Shown in pieces: positions 54,873 to 64,000 of a stretch of DNA of 64,000 nucleotides. The notes beneath the pieces are model-generated. The model was not told the DNA's origin, did no database searches, and saw only the letters and a list, made by a program, of their open reading frames with translations. This DNA is from an uncultured bacterium (GTDB lineage: Bacteria; Desulfobacterota; Binatia; HRBIN30; CADEER01): contig CADEER010000013.1 of the NCBI GenBank assembly GCA_902826395.1, positions 6,560 through 70,559 on the forward strand, in the 5' to 3' direction. Numbering within the stretch: position 1 is the stretch's first letter; each line of letters begins with the position of its first letter. The position numbers and the translations under genes are program-made.

Positions 54873-57119
54873 CTATTGGTTCCGCCGCCCACTTCGAGTG
54901 GGCCCGTTGTTTCGTCTCGACGCCACGAAGCGCTCGATGCGCACGGCCGCCATTTTGTACGACGGCTGGCGCGAGTGAGGGTCGAACGCGGCGAAGGTCA
55001 AACGGTTGGTCTCGGCGAAGTGCATGGGCATGAAGACCTGACCGATCCGGATCGAGCGGGTCGGGCGCGCGGTCGCGATGGCGGATCCGCGGCGCGAGAC
55101 GATGCGGACGCGATCTCCGGCGCCGACGTCGAGTCGCGCCGCGTCGTCGGGATGGATCTCCACGTAGGGTTGCGCATCCGACAGCTTCCGCAGCACCGCC
55201 GATTTGGCGGTGCGCGTCTCGGTGTGCCACTGCGCGACTCCGGCGCGGCCACTGAGCAGCGTCATCGGATAGGTGGGATCGGGCCGTTCGGGAGCAGGGC
55301 GCGGCTCGTCGATCACGAAGCGAGCCTTGCCGTCGGTGTGAAAGAACGCGCCGTCGGCGAACAGCCGGCGCTGCGTTGCCGGCTGCTCGGTGCCAGCCGG
55401 GCAGGGCCATTGAATGCCGCCCTGCCGCTGCAGATCGGCGTAGCCTCCGATGCCGCTGAAGTCGCAGGGCTGGCCTGCCGACAGGTCCTGCAAGATGCGG
55501 AACGCCGCTTCGGGCGATGTCCAACGCCGCACCGTTTCGGCGCACCCCCAGTATTCGGCGACCAGGCGGAAGATGTGGAAGTCGGCGAGAGCCGCGCCCG
55601 GTGCTCGGCTGACCTTCTGTATCAGGCCGATCCTGCGTTCGGAGTTGATGAACGTTCCGGTCTTTTCCCCCCAGCCGGCTGCCGGCAGAAACACGTCCGC
55701 GCGCTGCGCCGTCTCGGTCGTGCGATAGAGATCCTGCACGACGAGGCAATCCAGATTCGCGAACGCCTCGCCAAGGCCGGCGCTGTCGATCCAAGAGTGC
55801 ACTGGATTGGTCGCCACGACCCACAGCCCGCGGATCCGCCCTTCTCGAATCCGCTCGACGATGTCGTCGTACGTCCGGCTCTCGGCGGCCGGGACGGCGT
55901 CCTCGTCGACGTCGAGGACGCGCGCCACTTCGGCGCGCTGGGCTGCTCCAAAGGTGCGGCCGCCCGGCAGGCAGGTGATGTTGCTGAATAGGCGCGAGCC
56001 CATGGCGTTGGTCTGACCGGTGATCGAGTTGGCTCCGGTGCCCGGCTTGCCGATGTTGCCGGTGAGCAGCGCCAGATCGATGATCGCCTGCGCCGTGCGC
56101 ACGCCTTCGTGGCTTTGGTTGACGCCCATCGTCCACCAGAACGAAACACGCCGTCCGGGTCGGATGAGATCGGCGAGCGCGTGCAACTGCGCTTCGGCGA
56201 GGCCCGTCTCGCTGCAGACCCGCTCGGGGTTGTAGGCGTCGACGTGGCGGGCGAAGTCGGCGAAGCCGCTGGTGTGGCGGTCGACGAACTCGCGGTCGAT
56301 CCAGCCGCGCCGCAGCAGCAGGTATGCGAGACCGTACAGCAACACCAGGTCGCTCTTCGGCCGCGGTGACACATGCAGCGTTGCCATCGCCGCCGTCTCG
56401 GTAAGCCGCGGGTCGATTACGGCGATCTGCGGGTTGCGCCGGTTGCGCAGCACCCAATGCCAGAGAATCGGGTGTGCGATCGCGGGATTGGCGCCGACGA
56501 AGATCAGTACGTCGGAGAGTTCGAGATCCTCGTAGGTGAAGGGCGGCGCGTCGAATCCGAACGACTGCTTGTACGCGACGTGCGCGGTCGCCATGCACTG
56601 CCGCGTATTGGAATCGCCGTCGATGCCCATGCCGCCGCGCGCCACCTGGCCGAGCAGCGCCATCTCCTCGGTGGTCATCTGACCGGTGCTGAGGAACGCC
56701 AGCGCCTCGCTGCCGTGCTCGACCTGGATGGCGCGAAAGCGTTGCACGAAGGCGCGCATCGCCGTGTCCCAGTCGACCGGACGCAGGGCGCCGTCAATGC
56801 GTAGGTACGGCGTCGCAGCCCGATCCGGCGCGCTCAGCGGCGCCAGCGCCTCCCACCCCTTGGGACAGGCCATCCCCGCGTTTACCGGATACGCCGGCGA
56901 CGGGGTCAGGTTGACGGCGCGGCCGTCGCGCATGTGCACATCCAACGCGCATCCGGTCGAACAGAAGCCGCAGATCAGGGTGCGCAACTCTTCCGGCGCA
57001 AGGCGCGCCGGAATACGCCCGAGGTCAAAGCCGCCCGCCACCTGCTCGAGCTCGGTGCTCAATGGGCCGCGCCGCCTGAGCATCAGGTCGGCGAGCCGGA
57101 GTGCACTTTCGGCGAGCAT
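54873..57119 (-). CDS. nasA: Assimilatory-type molybdopterin nitrate reductase catalytic subunit (short, no C-terminal [2Fe-2S])
   Basis: CGFCSTGC...CPKG [4Fe-4S] motif; Mo ligand NTRQCMATA; [14 protein letters not shown] and SRQPSYK motifs. Confidence 0.85.
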   Translation of the reverse strand: MLAESALRLADLMLRRRGPLSTELEQVAGGFDLGRIPARLAPEELRTLICGFCSTGCALDVHMRDGRAVNLTPSPAYPVNAGMACPKGWEALAPLSAPDRAATPYLRIDGALRPVDWDTAMRAFVQRFRAIQVEHGSEALAFLSTGQMTTEEMALLGQVARGGMGIDGDSNTRQCMATAHVAYKQSFGFDAPPFTYEDLELSDVLIFVGANPAIAHPILWHWVLRNRRNPQIAVIDPRLTETAAMATLHVSPRPKSDLVLLYGLAYLLLRRGWIDREFVDRHTSGFADFARHVDAYNPERVCSETGLAEAQLHALADLIRPGRRVSFWWTMGVNQSHEGVRTAQAIIDLALLTGNIGKPGTGANSITGQTNAMGSRLFSNITCLPGGRTFGAAQRAEVARVLDVDEDAVPAAESRTYDDIVERIREGRIRGLWVVATNPVHSWIDSAGLGEAFANLDCLVVQDLYRTTETAQRADVFLPAAGWGEKTGTFINSERRIGLIQKVSRAPGAALADFHIFRLVAEYWGCAETVRRWTSPEAAFRILQDLSAGQPCDFSGIGGYADLQRQGGIQWPCPAGTEQPATQRRLFADGAFFHTDGKARFVIDEPRPAPERPDPTYPMTLLSGRAGVAQWHTETRTAKSAVLRKLSDAQPYVEIHPDDAARLDVGAGDRVRIVSRRGSAIATARPTRSIRIGQVFMPMHFAETNRLTFAAFDPHSRQPSYKMAAVRIERFVASRRNNGPTRSGRRNQ

Positions 57120-57127
57120 CAGTGCCT

Positions 57128-58672
57128 TCAGGGATTCCGCGGCGCGACCGCGGCGCGAAAGAAGAGATGGCGGTCGACGCCGTCGCCGGCGAGCCACAAG
57201 GCGCATGCGAGTACGGTGGTCATCGTCGGTTGCGCGATCAGTGCGGTGGCGCCGAGCAGCACGGCACATGCCGCGGCCGCCGCCAATCTCATGTGCCACC
57301 ACGGGCGCAGCGCGCCGCCGAGGAGTTGGCGAGCGGTAGAGGGCGCCTGTCGCCAGCCGTCCCACACCTCGAAGAGTATCTTCGCGACCACCGCCGCGGT
57401 GGCGACGCCGACCAGCAGCGGTCGAATCTCTTCACCGCTGAGCCGATGCGCGAGCAGCAACAGCACGGCGCCGGACGCAGCGGCGGCGAGGAAGAACCGC
57501 GCCGGCGTCGCGGTGCGCGCCCAATGATCGCGCGGCGTATCCCGGTAGACCATGGCAGACGCAAAGGCAGCCGCGATCCCCGTCGCGCCCGTGAGCGCGA
57601 CCAGTCCGCGATCACCACCGATCTGAAGAGCGTGCGCCAGCGCCGCCGCCGCGGCGAGCCCGGCAAATGCGGACAGAGCGACGATCTCGCGACTGAGCCA
57701 CGACGTGCGCAGCCCGAGCACGGCGCGGAAGGCCCACTGCGGCCGCCCGAGATGGAAGAGCGCCGCGACCATGCCGGCGACGGCGCTGCCGAGCCCGAGG
57801 CTGATCGCCGTCCCGTGCGCGTCGCCGATCGGCAGCACGGCCGCCAATCCCAGGATACCGATCGCCGCCTGTGTCAAACTCAGCATCACCACCAGCGAGG
57901 GGTGCGACTCCGCCGGCGCGGCCGCCACAGCGATCGCGGTCGGCGCGGCGTGCGAGCGCGAGACGTATGCCGTTGTCGGGCGCGTGTAGCTCGCGTCGGG
58001 CGCGCCGGGTACCGCCGCGAAGCGCTCGGAGCATGTAGCCGCGGTCAGGTCGGTGTCGACGACGGTGATGCGGATCGCGTCGCTCGGACAACTCTGAACG
58101 CAAGCGGGCGCCTCGCCGGCGGCGAGGCGATCGGTGCACATGTCGCATTTGCGGACGATGCCGCGCGCGGCGTTGTACTGCGGCACGCCGTACGGGCACT
58201 TCATCACGCAGTACTGGCAGCCGATGCATTGGTCGTCGAGGTGGCGAACGATGCCAGTGTGCCGGTCCTTCTCGTAGGCGCGCACCGGACAGCCGCTCAG
58301 ACAAGCCGGGTCGAGGCAGTGGTGGCAGGCCGCCGTGACATGGCGCAGCAGAGGCTGCGCATCGTCGCCGCCGAGCAGCAATCCGACCGAGCGCCACGTC
58401 TCGCCGGGGTCGAGTCCGTTGCGGTTGTGGCAACCCGTGACGCAGGCCTTGCAGCCAGTGCAGCGATCGAGATCGACCTCGAAGGCGTACTGTTGTCCAG
58501 GATGGGGCGGCGCCGCCGGCATCAGGCCGCGGTAGCGCGCCGCGCCGGCGGCGATGTCGCCGCGCTCATGCGCGAGAGCAAAGGATTCCGCGGCACCGAG
58601 ATTCTGCTGCTCGCCCAGCGCGTCGGCGAGAAGCGTCGCGTTTCGTTCGATGCCGATCGGCTGCGGGATCAT
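57128..58672 (-). CDS. Fused DmsB-like 4x[4Fe-4S] protein and DmsC/NrfD-like 8-TM membrane anchor
   Basis: [42 protein letters not shown], then HPSLV and HLGRP..SWLSREI. Confidence 0.85.
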   Translation of the reverse strand: MIPQPIGIERNATLLADALGEQQNLGAAESFALAHERGDIAAGAARYRGLMPAAPPHPGQQYAFEVDLDRCTGCKACVTGCHNRNGLDPGETWRSVGLLLGGDDAQPLLRHVTAACHHCLDPACLSGCPVRAYEKDRHTGIVRHLDDQCIGCQYCVMKCPYGVPQYNAARGIVRKCDMCTDRLAAGEAPACVQSCPSDAIRITVVDTDLTAATCSERFAAVPGAPDASYTRPTTAYVSRSHAAPTAIAVAAAPAESHPSLVVMLSLTQAAIGILGLAAVLPIGDAHGTAISLGLGSAVAGMVAALFHLGRPQWAFRAVLGLRTSWLSREIVALSAFAGLAAAAALAHALQIGGDRGLVALTGATGIAAAFASAMVYRDTPRDHWARTATPARFFLAAAASGAVLLLLAHRLSGEEIRPLLVGVATAAVVAKILFEVWDGWRQAPSTARQLLGGALRPWWHMRLAAAAACAVLLGATALIAQPTMTTVLACALWLAGDGVDRHLFFRAAVAPRNP

Positions 58673-59070
58673 TCGGCCCTCCCGCATGGCGCGTGGGTCG
58701 CCGCGGTGCGCTCGCGTGCGACGACCTCGGCCGACGGCACGCCGACGAATACCCGACCATCGGCGACTACACGTACCGGGAAGGTCAACAGATCCGGCGT
58801 GTCGCCGGCGAAGGCGGCGCCAGTGCGCAGCGAGAAAGTGCGCTTGTGCATCGGGCAGGCGACCTTGGGTTCGCCGTCGCGCTCACCGGTCATCCCGCGC
58901 CACAGCACTTGCTCGTTCCAGTGCGGGCAGCGGTTCTGGACGGCATACCACTCGTCGCGCGCAGCGATCCGGAACACGGCGATCTGGATTCCCTCATAAA
59001 AGACGCAGGCGCCGCCGTCCGGAATCACGTCGTCGCGATGACACACGGCGATCCACAGCGGCTCAGACAT
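58669..59070 (-). CDS. nirD: Nitrite reductase small Rieske subunit
   Basis: NRCPH and VACPMHK Rieske ligands; QIAVFR motif. Confidence 0.92.
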   Translation of the reverse strand: MSEPLWIAVCHRDDVIPDGGACVFYEGIQIAVFRIAARDEWYAVQNRCPHWNEQVLWRGMTGERDGEPKVACPMHKRTFSLRTGAAFAGDTPDLLTFPVRVVADGRVFVGVPSAEVVARERTAATHAPCGRAE

Positions 59071-61630
59071 GACGCGCCTCTTCGAAGCGCACCGGCGCGT
59101 CCTCGTGCGGACCGCCATTGACGGGCGGCAGGGAGATGGCGCCGCCGCCCGAAGACGGGCGGATCTGACCGCGCTCGTCGGCGAACGCGATCGACGGGTC
59201 GCTTTCCGACGCGTTGACGAAGGCGCGAAAGCGACTCCGCTTCTCCGGGTCGTTGACGACTTCGGCCCACTCGCAGCGATAGCCGTCGACGGCCGCCTGC
59301 ATCTCGGCGTCGAGCTGCGCCCCGATGCCGAGCACGTCGTCGATGATCACGGCCCGCAGGTAGTCGATGCCGCCGTCGAGCTCTTCCAGCCAGCGCGCCG
59401 TGCGGGTCAGCGGATCGGCGGTGCGGATGTAGAACATCAGAAACCTGTCGATGTAGCGCAGGCAGGTCTCGTCATCGATGCCGGCGGCGAGCAGCACGGC
59501 GTGCCGCGGCTTCGAGCCGCCGTTGCCGCAGACGTAGAGATTCCAGCCTTCGGAGGTGGCGATGATGCCGAAGTCCTTGCTTCGGGCCTCCGCGCACTCG
59601 CGAATGCATCCCGACACCGCCGACTTGAGCTTGTGCGGCGCGCGCAGGCCCTTGTAGCGCTCTTCGACGCGGATCGCGAAGCCGACCGAGTCGAGAACGC
59701 CGTAGCGGCACCACGTCGATCCGACGCAGCTCTTCACGGTGCGCATCGCCTTCGCGTAGGCATGGCCGCTCTCGAAGCCGGCGGTGACCAGGTCTTCCCA
59801 GATGTCGGGCAGTTGATCGAGACGGGCGCCGAGCATGTCGATGCGCTGGCCGCCGGTGATCTTCACGTACAGGTTGTAGCGACGCGCCACTTCGCCGATC
59901 GCGATCAGCTTCTCGGCGGTGATCTCGCCGCCCGGAATGCGAGGAATCACCGAATAGGTGCCGCCGCGCTGGATGTTGGCGAGAAAGCGATCGTTGGTGT
60001 CCTGGATGACCGGCTGCTCGCTCGCCGGCTCGGCGTGGATCGATGCGAGGATCGACGCAACGACCGGCTTGCAGACCTCGCAGCCGCCGCCGCGACCGCA
60101 CTGGGTGAGCACCTCGGAATAGGTGTGGAAGCCGCGCACCCGGACGAGATCGAACAGCTCCTGTCGGCGCAGCGCGAAGTGCTCGCAGATCTGCTTGCGC
60201 ACCTCGACTCCGGCGCGCTGCAGCTCGCGCTCGAGGACTTGTTTGATCTGAGGCCCGCAACCGCCGCACCCGGTGGTAGCCTTGGTACAGGCCTGGATCG
60301 CCGGCATGGTGACGGCGCCGCCGGCGACCGCGGTGACGACGTCGTCAACGGTGACGTTGTTGCAAGTGCACAGCAGGCTGTCGCCGGTCAGCTCGGCGCC
60401 TTCGCCGCCGCGTACCGCCGTGCCGTCGACGATCAGCGACAGCGGCCGCTCCGGCAGAGGCTCGGCTCGGCGGAACAGCCCCAGCAGGTTGGCGTAGTCG
60501 CTGGTGTCGCCGACCAGCACCGCGCCGATCAGGGTGCGAGTCTCGCGGCGGACGATCAGCTTCTTGTACACGCCGGCGACCTCGTCGCGCACGGCGACGT
60601 GCGTGTGCTCCATCGTCTGCGGCGCCGTCGACTCACCGATCGAGGCGACCTCGACGCCGAGCAGCTTGAGCTTCGTCGACAGGTCGCCGGCGCGGAACGA
60701 CTTGTCAAAGCCTGCAATCTGAGCGGCGGCGACGTCGGCCATCTCGAAGCCCGGAGCGACCAGGCCGTAGACCGTGCCGTCGTGGCTGGCGCACTCGCCG
60801 ATCGCGAAGATGGTCGGGTCCGAGGTGCGCATGGTCGCGTCGACCGCGATGCCGCCGCGCGGTCCGAGCTCGAGGCCGCAGCCGGCGGCGAGCTCCTGGC
60901 GCGGCTTGATGCCGGCCGAGACGACGATCAGATCGACGTCGAGCGACTCGCCGCCGTCGAAGCAGAAGCGCATGCCGCCGGACTCGGTTCCGATGATCTC
61001 GTTGGTGCGCTTGTTGGTGTGCACTTGCACGCCGAGTGCTCGGATCTTGGCGGCGAGCAGCTCGGCGCCGTCGCGATCGAGCTGGCGCGGCATCAGCCAC
61101 GGCGCGGCCTCGACGACGTGGGCGCTCAAACCCAGATCGTAGAGAGCCTTGGCGGCCTCGAGACCCAGCAGGCCGCCGCCGATCACCGCTGCCGACTGGC
61201 GGGAAGCGGCCGCGTCGCGGATCGCGTCGAGGTCTTCGATGGTGCGATAGACGAAGACACCGCGTCGGTCGATGCCTGGCAGCGGCGGTACGAACGGCGC
61301 CGAGCCGGTTGCCAGGACCAGGTGGTCGTATCGGACCTCGAGTCCGCCGCCGGCGGCGACGACCCTGCGCCCGCGATCGACCGCGATCGCGGGCGTGCCG
61401 ACGCGCAACTCGATGCCCTGATCGCGGTACCAGGAGCGCGGTGCGATCTCGAGGTCGGCGGCGCTCTTGCCGGAGAAGTACTCGGTGAGATGCACGCGAT
61501 CGTAGGCCGGGCGCGGCTCCTCGCCGAGCACGACGATGCGGAAGCGCTCGCAGCCGCGGGTCTCGCGCAGCAGCGCGCAGAAGCGCTGCCCGACCATGCC
61601 GTTGCCCACTACGACGACCGTCTGCTTCAT
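59063..61630 (-). CDS. nirB: NADH-dependent siroheme nitrite reductase large subunit
   Basis: GNGMVG and GGGLLG FAD/NAD motifs, BFD CTCNN and CEVC, siroheme ligands KSCVGSTWC and SGCIREC. Confidence 0.96.
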   Translation of the reverse strand: MKQTVVVVGNGMVGQRFCALLRETRGCERFRIVVLGEEPRPAYDRVHLTEYFSGKSAADLEIAPRSWYRDQGIELRVGTPAIAVDRGRRVVAAGGGLEVRYDHLVLATGSAPFVPPLPGIDRRGVFVYRTIEDLDAIRDAAASRQSAAVIGGGLLGLEAAKALYDLGLSAHVVEAAPWLMPRQLDRDGAELLAAKIRALGVQVHTNKRTNEIIGTESGGMRFCFDGGESLDVDLIVVSAGIKPRQELAAGCGLELGPRGGIAVDATMRTSDPTIFAIGECASHDGTVYGLVAPGFEMADVAAAQIAGFDKSFRAGDLSTKLKLLGVEVASIGESTAPQTMEHTHVAVRDEVAGVYKKLIVRRETRTLIGAVLVGDTSDYANLLGLFRRAEPLPERPLSLIVDGTAVRGGEGAELTGDSLLCTCNNVTVDDVVTAVAGGAVTMPAIQACTKATTGCGGCGPQIKQVLERELQRAGVEVRKQICEHFALRRQELFDLVRVRGFHTYSEVLTQCGRGGGCEVCKPVVASILASIHAEPASEQPVIQDTNDRFLANIQRGGTYSVIPRIPGGEITAEKLIAIGEVARRYNLYVKITGGQRIDMLGARLDQLPDIWEDLVTAGFESGHAYAKAMRTVKSCVGSTWCRYGVLDSVGFAIRVEERYKGLRAPHKLKSAVSGCIRECAEARSKDFGIIATSEGWNLYVCGNGGSKPRHAVLLAAGIDDETCLRYIDRFLMFYIRTADPLTRTARWLEELDGGIDYLRAVIIDDVLGIGAQLDAEMQAAVDGYRCEWAEVVNDPEKRSRFRAFVNASESDPSIAFADERGQIRPSSGGGAISLPPVNGGPHEDAPVRFEEARHV

Positions 61631-61642
61631 GACGAGCTCTCC

Positions 61643-62458
61643 TTACGCCGCGTCGCTCTGGCGGGGTTGCGCCGCCGTCTCGGCGGCGAGAAAACCGATC
61701 AACCTCTCGCGCAACGCGTAGTACTGCGGATCTTCGAGCAGTTGACCGCGCTTGCGGGGGCGGGACAGTCGCACGTCGAGAATGTCGCCGACGCGCGCTC
61801 GCGGTCCGGACGTCATCATCACCACGCGGTCCGACAGCAGCAGCGCTTCGTCGACGTCGTGCGTGATCAACACCGCCGTGATCGCGTACTTGCTCCACAG
61901 GTCGAGGAGCACTTCCTGCAACTCCAGCCGGGTCAACGAGTCGAGCATTCCGAAAGGCTCGTCGAGCAGGAGCAGCTTCGGCTGCAGGGCGAAGGCACGG
62001 GCGATTCCGACCCGCTGCTGCATGCCGGCCGAAAGCTGGCGCGGGCTCGCGTCGAGGGCGCCGCCGAGCCCGACCAGATGCAGGTAGTAAGAGGCGATCT
62101 GGCGCTGCTCGGCGCGGCTCGCGTGCGGGTAGACCTGCCGCACTCCGAGCATCACGTTCTCGAAAGCGCTCAGCCAAGGCAGCAGGCAAGGAGATTGGAA
62201 GACGACACCGCGGTCCGGGCCGGCGCCGTCGATCTCGCGACCGTCGAGGACGATGCCGCCGTCGGTGAGTGGCGTCAGGCCGGCGATCATCGACAGGACG
62301 GTCGATTTGCCGCAGCCGGAGTGGCCGATGATCGAGAGCAGCTCGCCGCGCTGTACGTGCAAGTTGAAGTCCTCGACTACCGCTACCGGACCGGACTGCG
62401 TCGGGTACGCCTTGGTGACCTTGTAGAGCTCGAGATAGGAGCGTTCGTTGCGCTTCAT
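61643..62458 (-). CDS. nrtD: Nitrate ABC transporter ATP-binding subunit
   Basis: [33 protein letters not shown] and THDVDEA motifs; GAGGAG SD. Confidence 0.85.
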   Translation of the reverse strand: MKRNERSYLELYKVTKAYPTQSGPVAVVEDFNLHVQRGELLSIIGHSGCGKSTVLSMIAGLTPLTDGGIVLDGREIDGAGPDRGVVFQSPCLLPWLSAFENVMLGVRQVYPHASRAEQRQIASYYLHLVGLGGALDASPRQLSAGMQQRVGIARAFALQPKLLLLDEPFGMLDSLTRLELQEVLLDLWSKYAITAVLITHDVDEALLLSDRVVMMTSGPRARVGDILDVRLSRPRKRGQLLEDPQYYALRERLIGFLAAETAAQPRQSDAA

Positions 62459-62468
62459 CGCATGCTCC

Positions 62469-63329
62469 TCAAACGTAGGGGCGAGCCGCCGGTCGCAGAT
62501 CGGCCGGGGATAAGTCCGGCAGCGGCGGCAGCGGCGCACTCGAAGTTGCAGGTCCGCGCCGGCCGATCTGCATCATGTACTCGGTGATGTCGTGGCGGAT
62601 GCGCTTGAACGCAGGGTCGTGGTTGACGCCCTTGCGATCGCGCGGCCGCGCCAACGGGACGTGGAAGCTCGGACCGAGCGTCGCGCGCGGCCCCTGGGTG
62701 AGCGGCACGATGCGATCGGCGAGCAGGATCGCTTCGTCGATGTCGTTGGTGATCAGGACGACGGTCTTCTGGTCGGCCTGCCAGATGCGCTCGATCTCGT
62801 CCTGCAGTGTCGCGCGGGTGAGAGCGTCGAGAGCGCTCAGCGGCTCGTCGAGGAGCAGGATCTTCGGATCGATCGCGAGCGCCCGCGCCACCGCGACCCG
62901 CTGGCGCATGCCGCCCGACAGCTCCGCGGGGCGCTTCGCCGCGGCAGCGGACAGATTCACCAGCGCGATCGACTCTTCGACGCGCGCCCGGCGCTGCTCT
63001 CTCGTCCACCGCGGGTACACGCTGTCGACGGCAAGCGCGACGTTGTCGCGCACGCTCAACCAGGGCAGCAGCGAGTAGTTCTGAAAGACGACGCCGCGAT
63101 CCGGACCCGGGCCGACGACGGGCGCGCCGTCGAGCTCGATGCGGCCGGTGTCGGGTTTGCTGAGTCCGGCGAGCAGCGACAGCAGGGTGGTCTTGCCGCT
63201 GCCCGAGTAGCCGATGATGGCGACGAGCTCGCCGCGTTCGATCGACAGGTTGATTCCCGACAGCACTTCGTTGCGCCGACCGTTGGTGACGTACGACTTG
63301 CTGACCGCGCAGATGTCGAGATGGGCCAT
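62469..63329 (-). CDS. nrtC: Nitrate ABC transporter ATP-binding subunit (NrtC-like, no C-terminal regulatory domain)
   Basis: [30 protein letters not shown] and [13 protein letters not shown] motifs. Confidence 0.8.
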   Translation of the reverse strand: MAHLDICAVSKSYVTNGRRNEVLSGINLSIERGELVAIIGYSGSGKTTLLSLLAGLSKPDTGRIELDGAPVVGPGPDRGVVFQNYSLLPWLSVRDNVALAVDSVYPRWTREQRRARVEESIALVNLSAAAAKRPAELSGGMRQRVAVARALAIDPKILLLDEPLSALDALTRATLQDEIERIWQADQKTVVLITNDIDEAILLADRIVPLTQGPRATLGPSFHVPLARPRDRKGVNHDPAFKRIRHDITEYMMQIGRRGPATSSAPLPPLPDLSPADLRPAARPYV

Positions 63330-63337
63330 GGCGCGCC

Positions 63338-64000
63338 TCACATCTGCTCGCGGCCGCAGCTGCCGAGGCGTTGAACGGCGATCATGATCCGATCGAGCAG
63401 GAAGCCGATGATTCCGATGGTGGCGACGGCGACCATGATCTGGGCGAGAGTCTGGCTGCTGCCGTTCTGGAACATGTCCCAGACGAACTTTCCGAGGCCG
63501 GGGTTCTGCGCCAGCATCTCCGCCGCGATCAGCACCATCCAGCCGACTCCGAGCGACAGGCGCAGTCCGGTGAAGATGAGTGGCAGCGCGGCGGGGACGA
63601 CGATCTTGGTCACGGTGCGGAACCAACCGAGCTTCAGCACCCGCGCGACGTTGAGGTAATCGCGCTCGACGGACGAGACGCCGAGGGCGGTGTTCACCAG
63701 GGTCGGCCACAGGGAGCACAGCGCCACCGTCACCGCCGAGCTGATGAACGACTTCTCGAACATCGGATCGGCCGATGTGTAGAGCGCGCTGACCAGGATC
63801 ATCACGATCGGCAACCACGCCAGCGGCGACACCGGCTTGAAAATCTGGATGAGCGGGTTGATCGCCGCGTAGAAGCCTGGGCTGATGCCGCACAGGATGC
63901 CGAGCGGAACCGCGACCAGCGTCGCGATGACGAAGCCGGCGAACACGGTCCCGACACTGGTCGCGATCTGGTCGAAGTAGGTCGGCTTGCCGGTGTAGCG
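63338..64000 (-). CDS. nrtB: Nitrate ABC transporter permease, 5' part outside window
   Basis: [20 protein letters not shown] and [20 protein letters not shown] motifs; frame open to 64000. Confidence 0.88.
   Translation of the reverse strand, partial: RYTGKPTYFDQIATSVGTVFAGFVIATLVAVPLGILCGISPGFYAAINPLIQIFKPVSPLAWLPIVMILVSALYTSADPMFEKSFISSAVTVALCSLWPTLVNTALGVSSVERDYLNVARVLKLGWFRTVTKIVVPAALPLIFTGLRLSLGVGWMVLIAAEMLAQNPGLGKFVWDMFQNGSSQTLAQIMVAVATIGIIGFLLDRIMIAVQRLGSCGREQM

Noticed and set aside
53590-56598. 1002-aa ORF suggesting a giant porin fusion
   Set aside because: Only the last 420 aa (from ATG 54852, with SD and signal peptide) are real; the rest is an off-frame read through nasA
57060-57119. 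Tat signal (LRRRG) on the nitrate reductase, implying periplasmic NapA
   Set aside because: No S/T-R-R-x-F-L-K consensus or hydrophobic h-region, no napB/C/D, and assimilatory context
59069-62587. 1172-aa plus-strand ORF, and similar long ORFs such as 4-1884(-), 12107-13987(-), 42888-44243(-) and 57101-58999(+)
   Set aside because: Antisense shadows of well-supported genes; stop codons are scarce in high-GC DNA and the translations lack any motif
1-64000. CRISPR arrays, IS elements, rRNA, retron or toxin-antitoxin modules
   Set aside because: No regularly spaced repeats, transposase, integrase or reverse transcriptase motifs, or rRNA-like sequence seen; intergenic spaces are too short

Overview
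64 kb of a high-GC, Gram-negative (Lpt genes present) bacterial chromosome. Gene order and content look Deltaproteobacteria-like, possibly Candidatus Binatia; this is inference, not a search result. Bases 1-47250 are mostly housekeeping: coaBC, family-4 UDG, nfeD/SPFH, queA-tgt-yajC-secD-secF-recJ, ctpA, xseAB-ispA-tlyA, rpoZ-dnaJ-cbpM-like-rpoH, engB, a Gld-like ABC system, lptCAB-rpoN-hpf-ptsN-rapZ-HPr, metK, tRNA-Pro(GGG) and surE-pcm-nlpD-apt. Bases 47250-53600 hold accessory metabolic genes. Bases 53590-64000 (minus strand, running off the window end) are a tightly coupled nitrate-assimilation operon: nrtB-C-D, nirB, nirD, a fused DmsB-like 4x[4Fe-4S]/DmsC-like membrane anchor, a short nitrate reductase and an alginate-export-type porin. 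The best candidate for an undescribed system is this apparently cytoplasm-facing, membrane-anchored, possibly quinol-fed assimilatory nitrate reductase. Other leads are a switch-like structured leader before metK, a sigma54 promoter driving a 70-aa membrane protein, both phosphatidylcholine routes (Pmt and Pcs), and several near-leaderless genes. I saw no CRISPR array, integrase or transposase. Many ORF-track starts were moved to the SD-supported or overlap-supported start, and all products were assigned by motif recognition without database searches.
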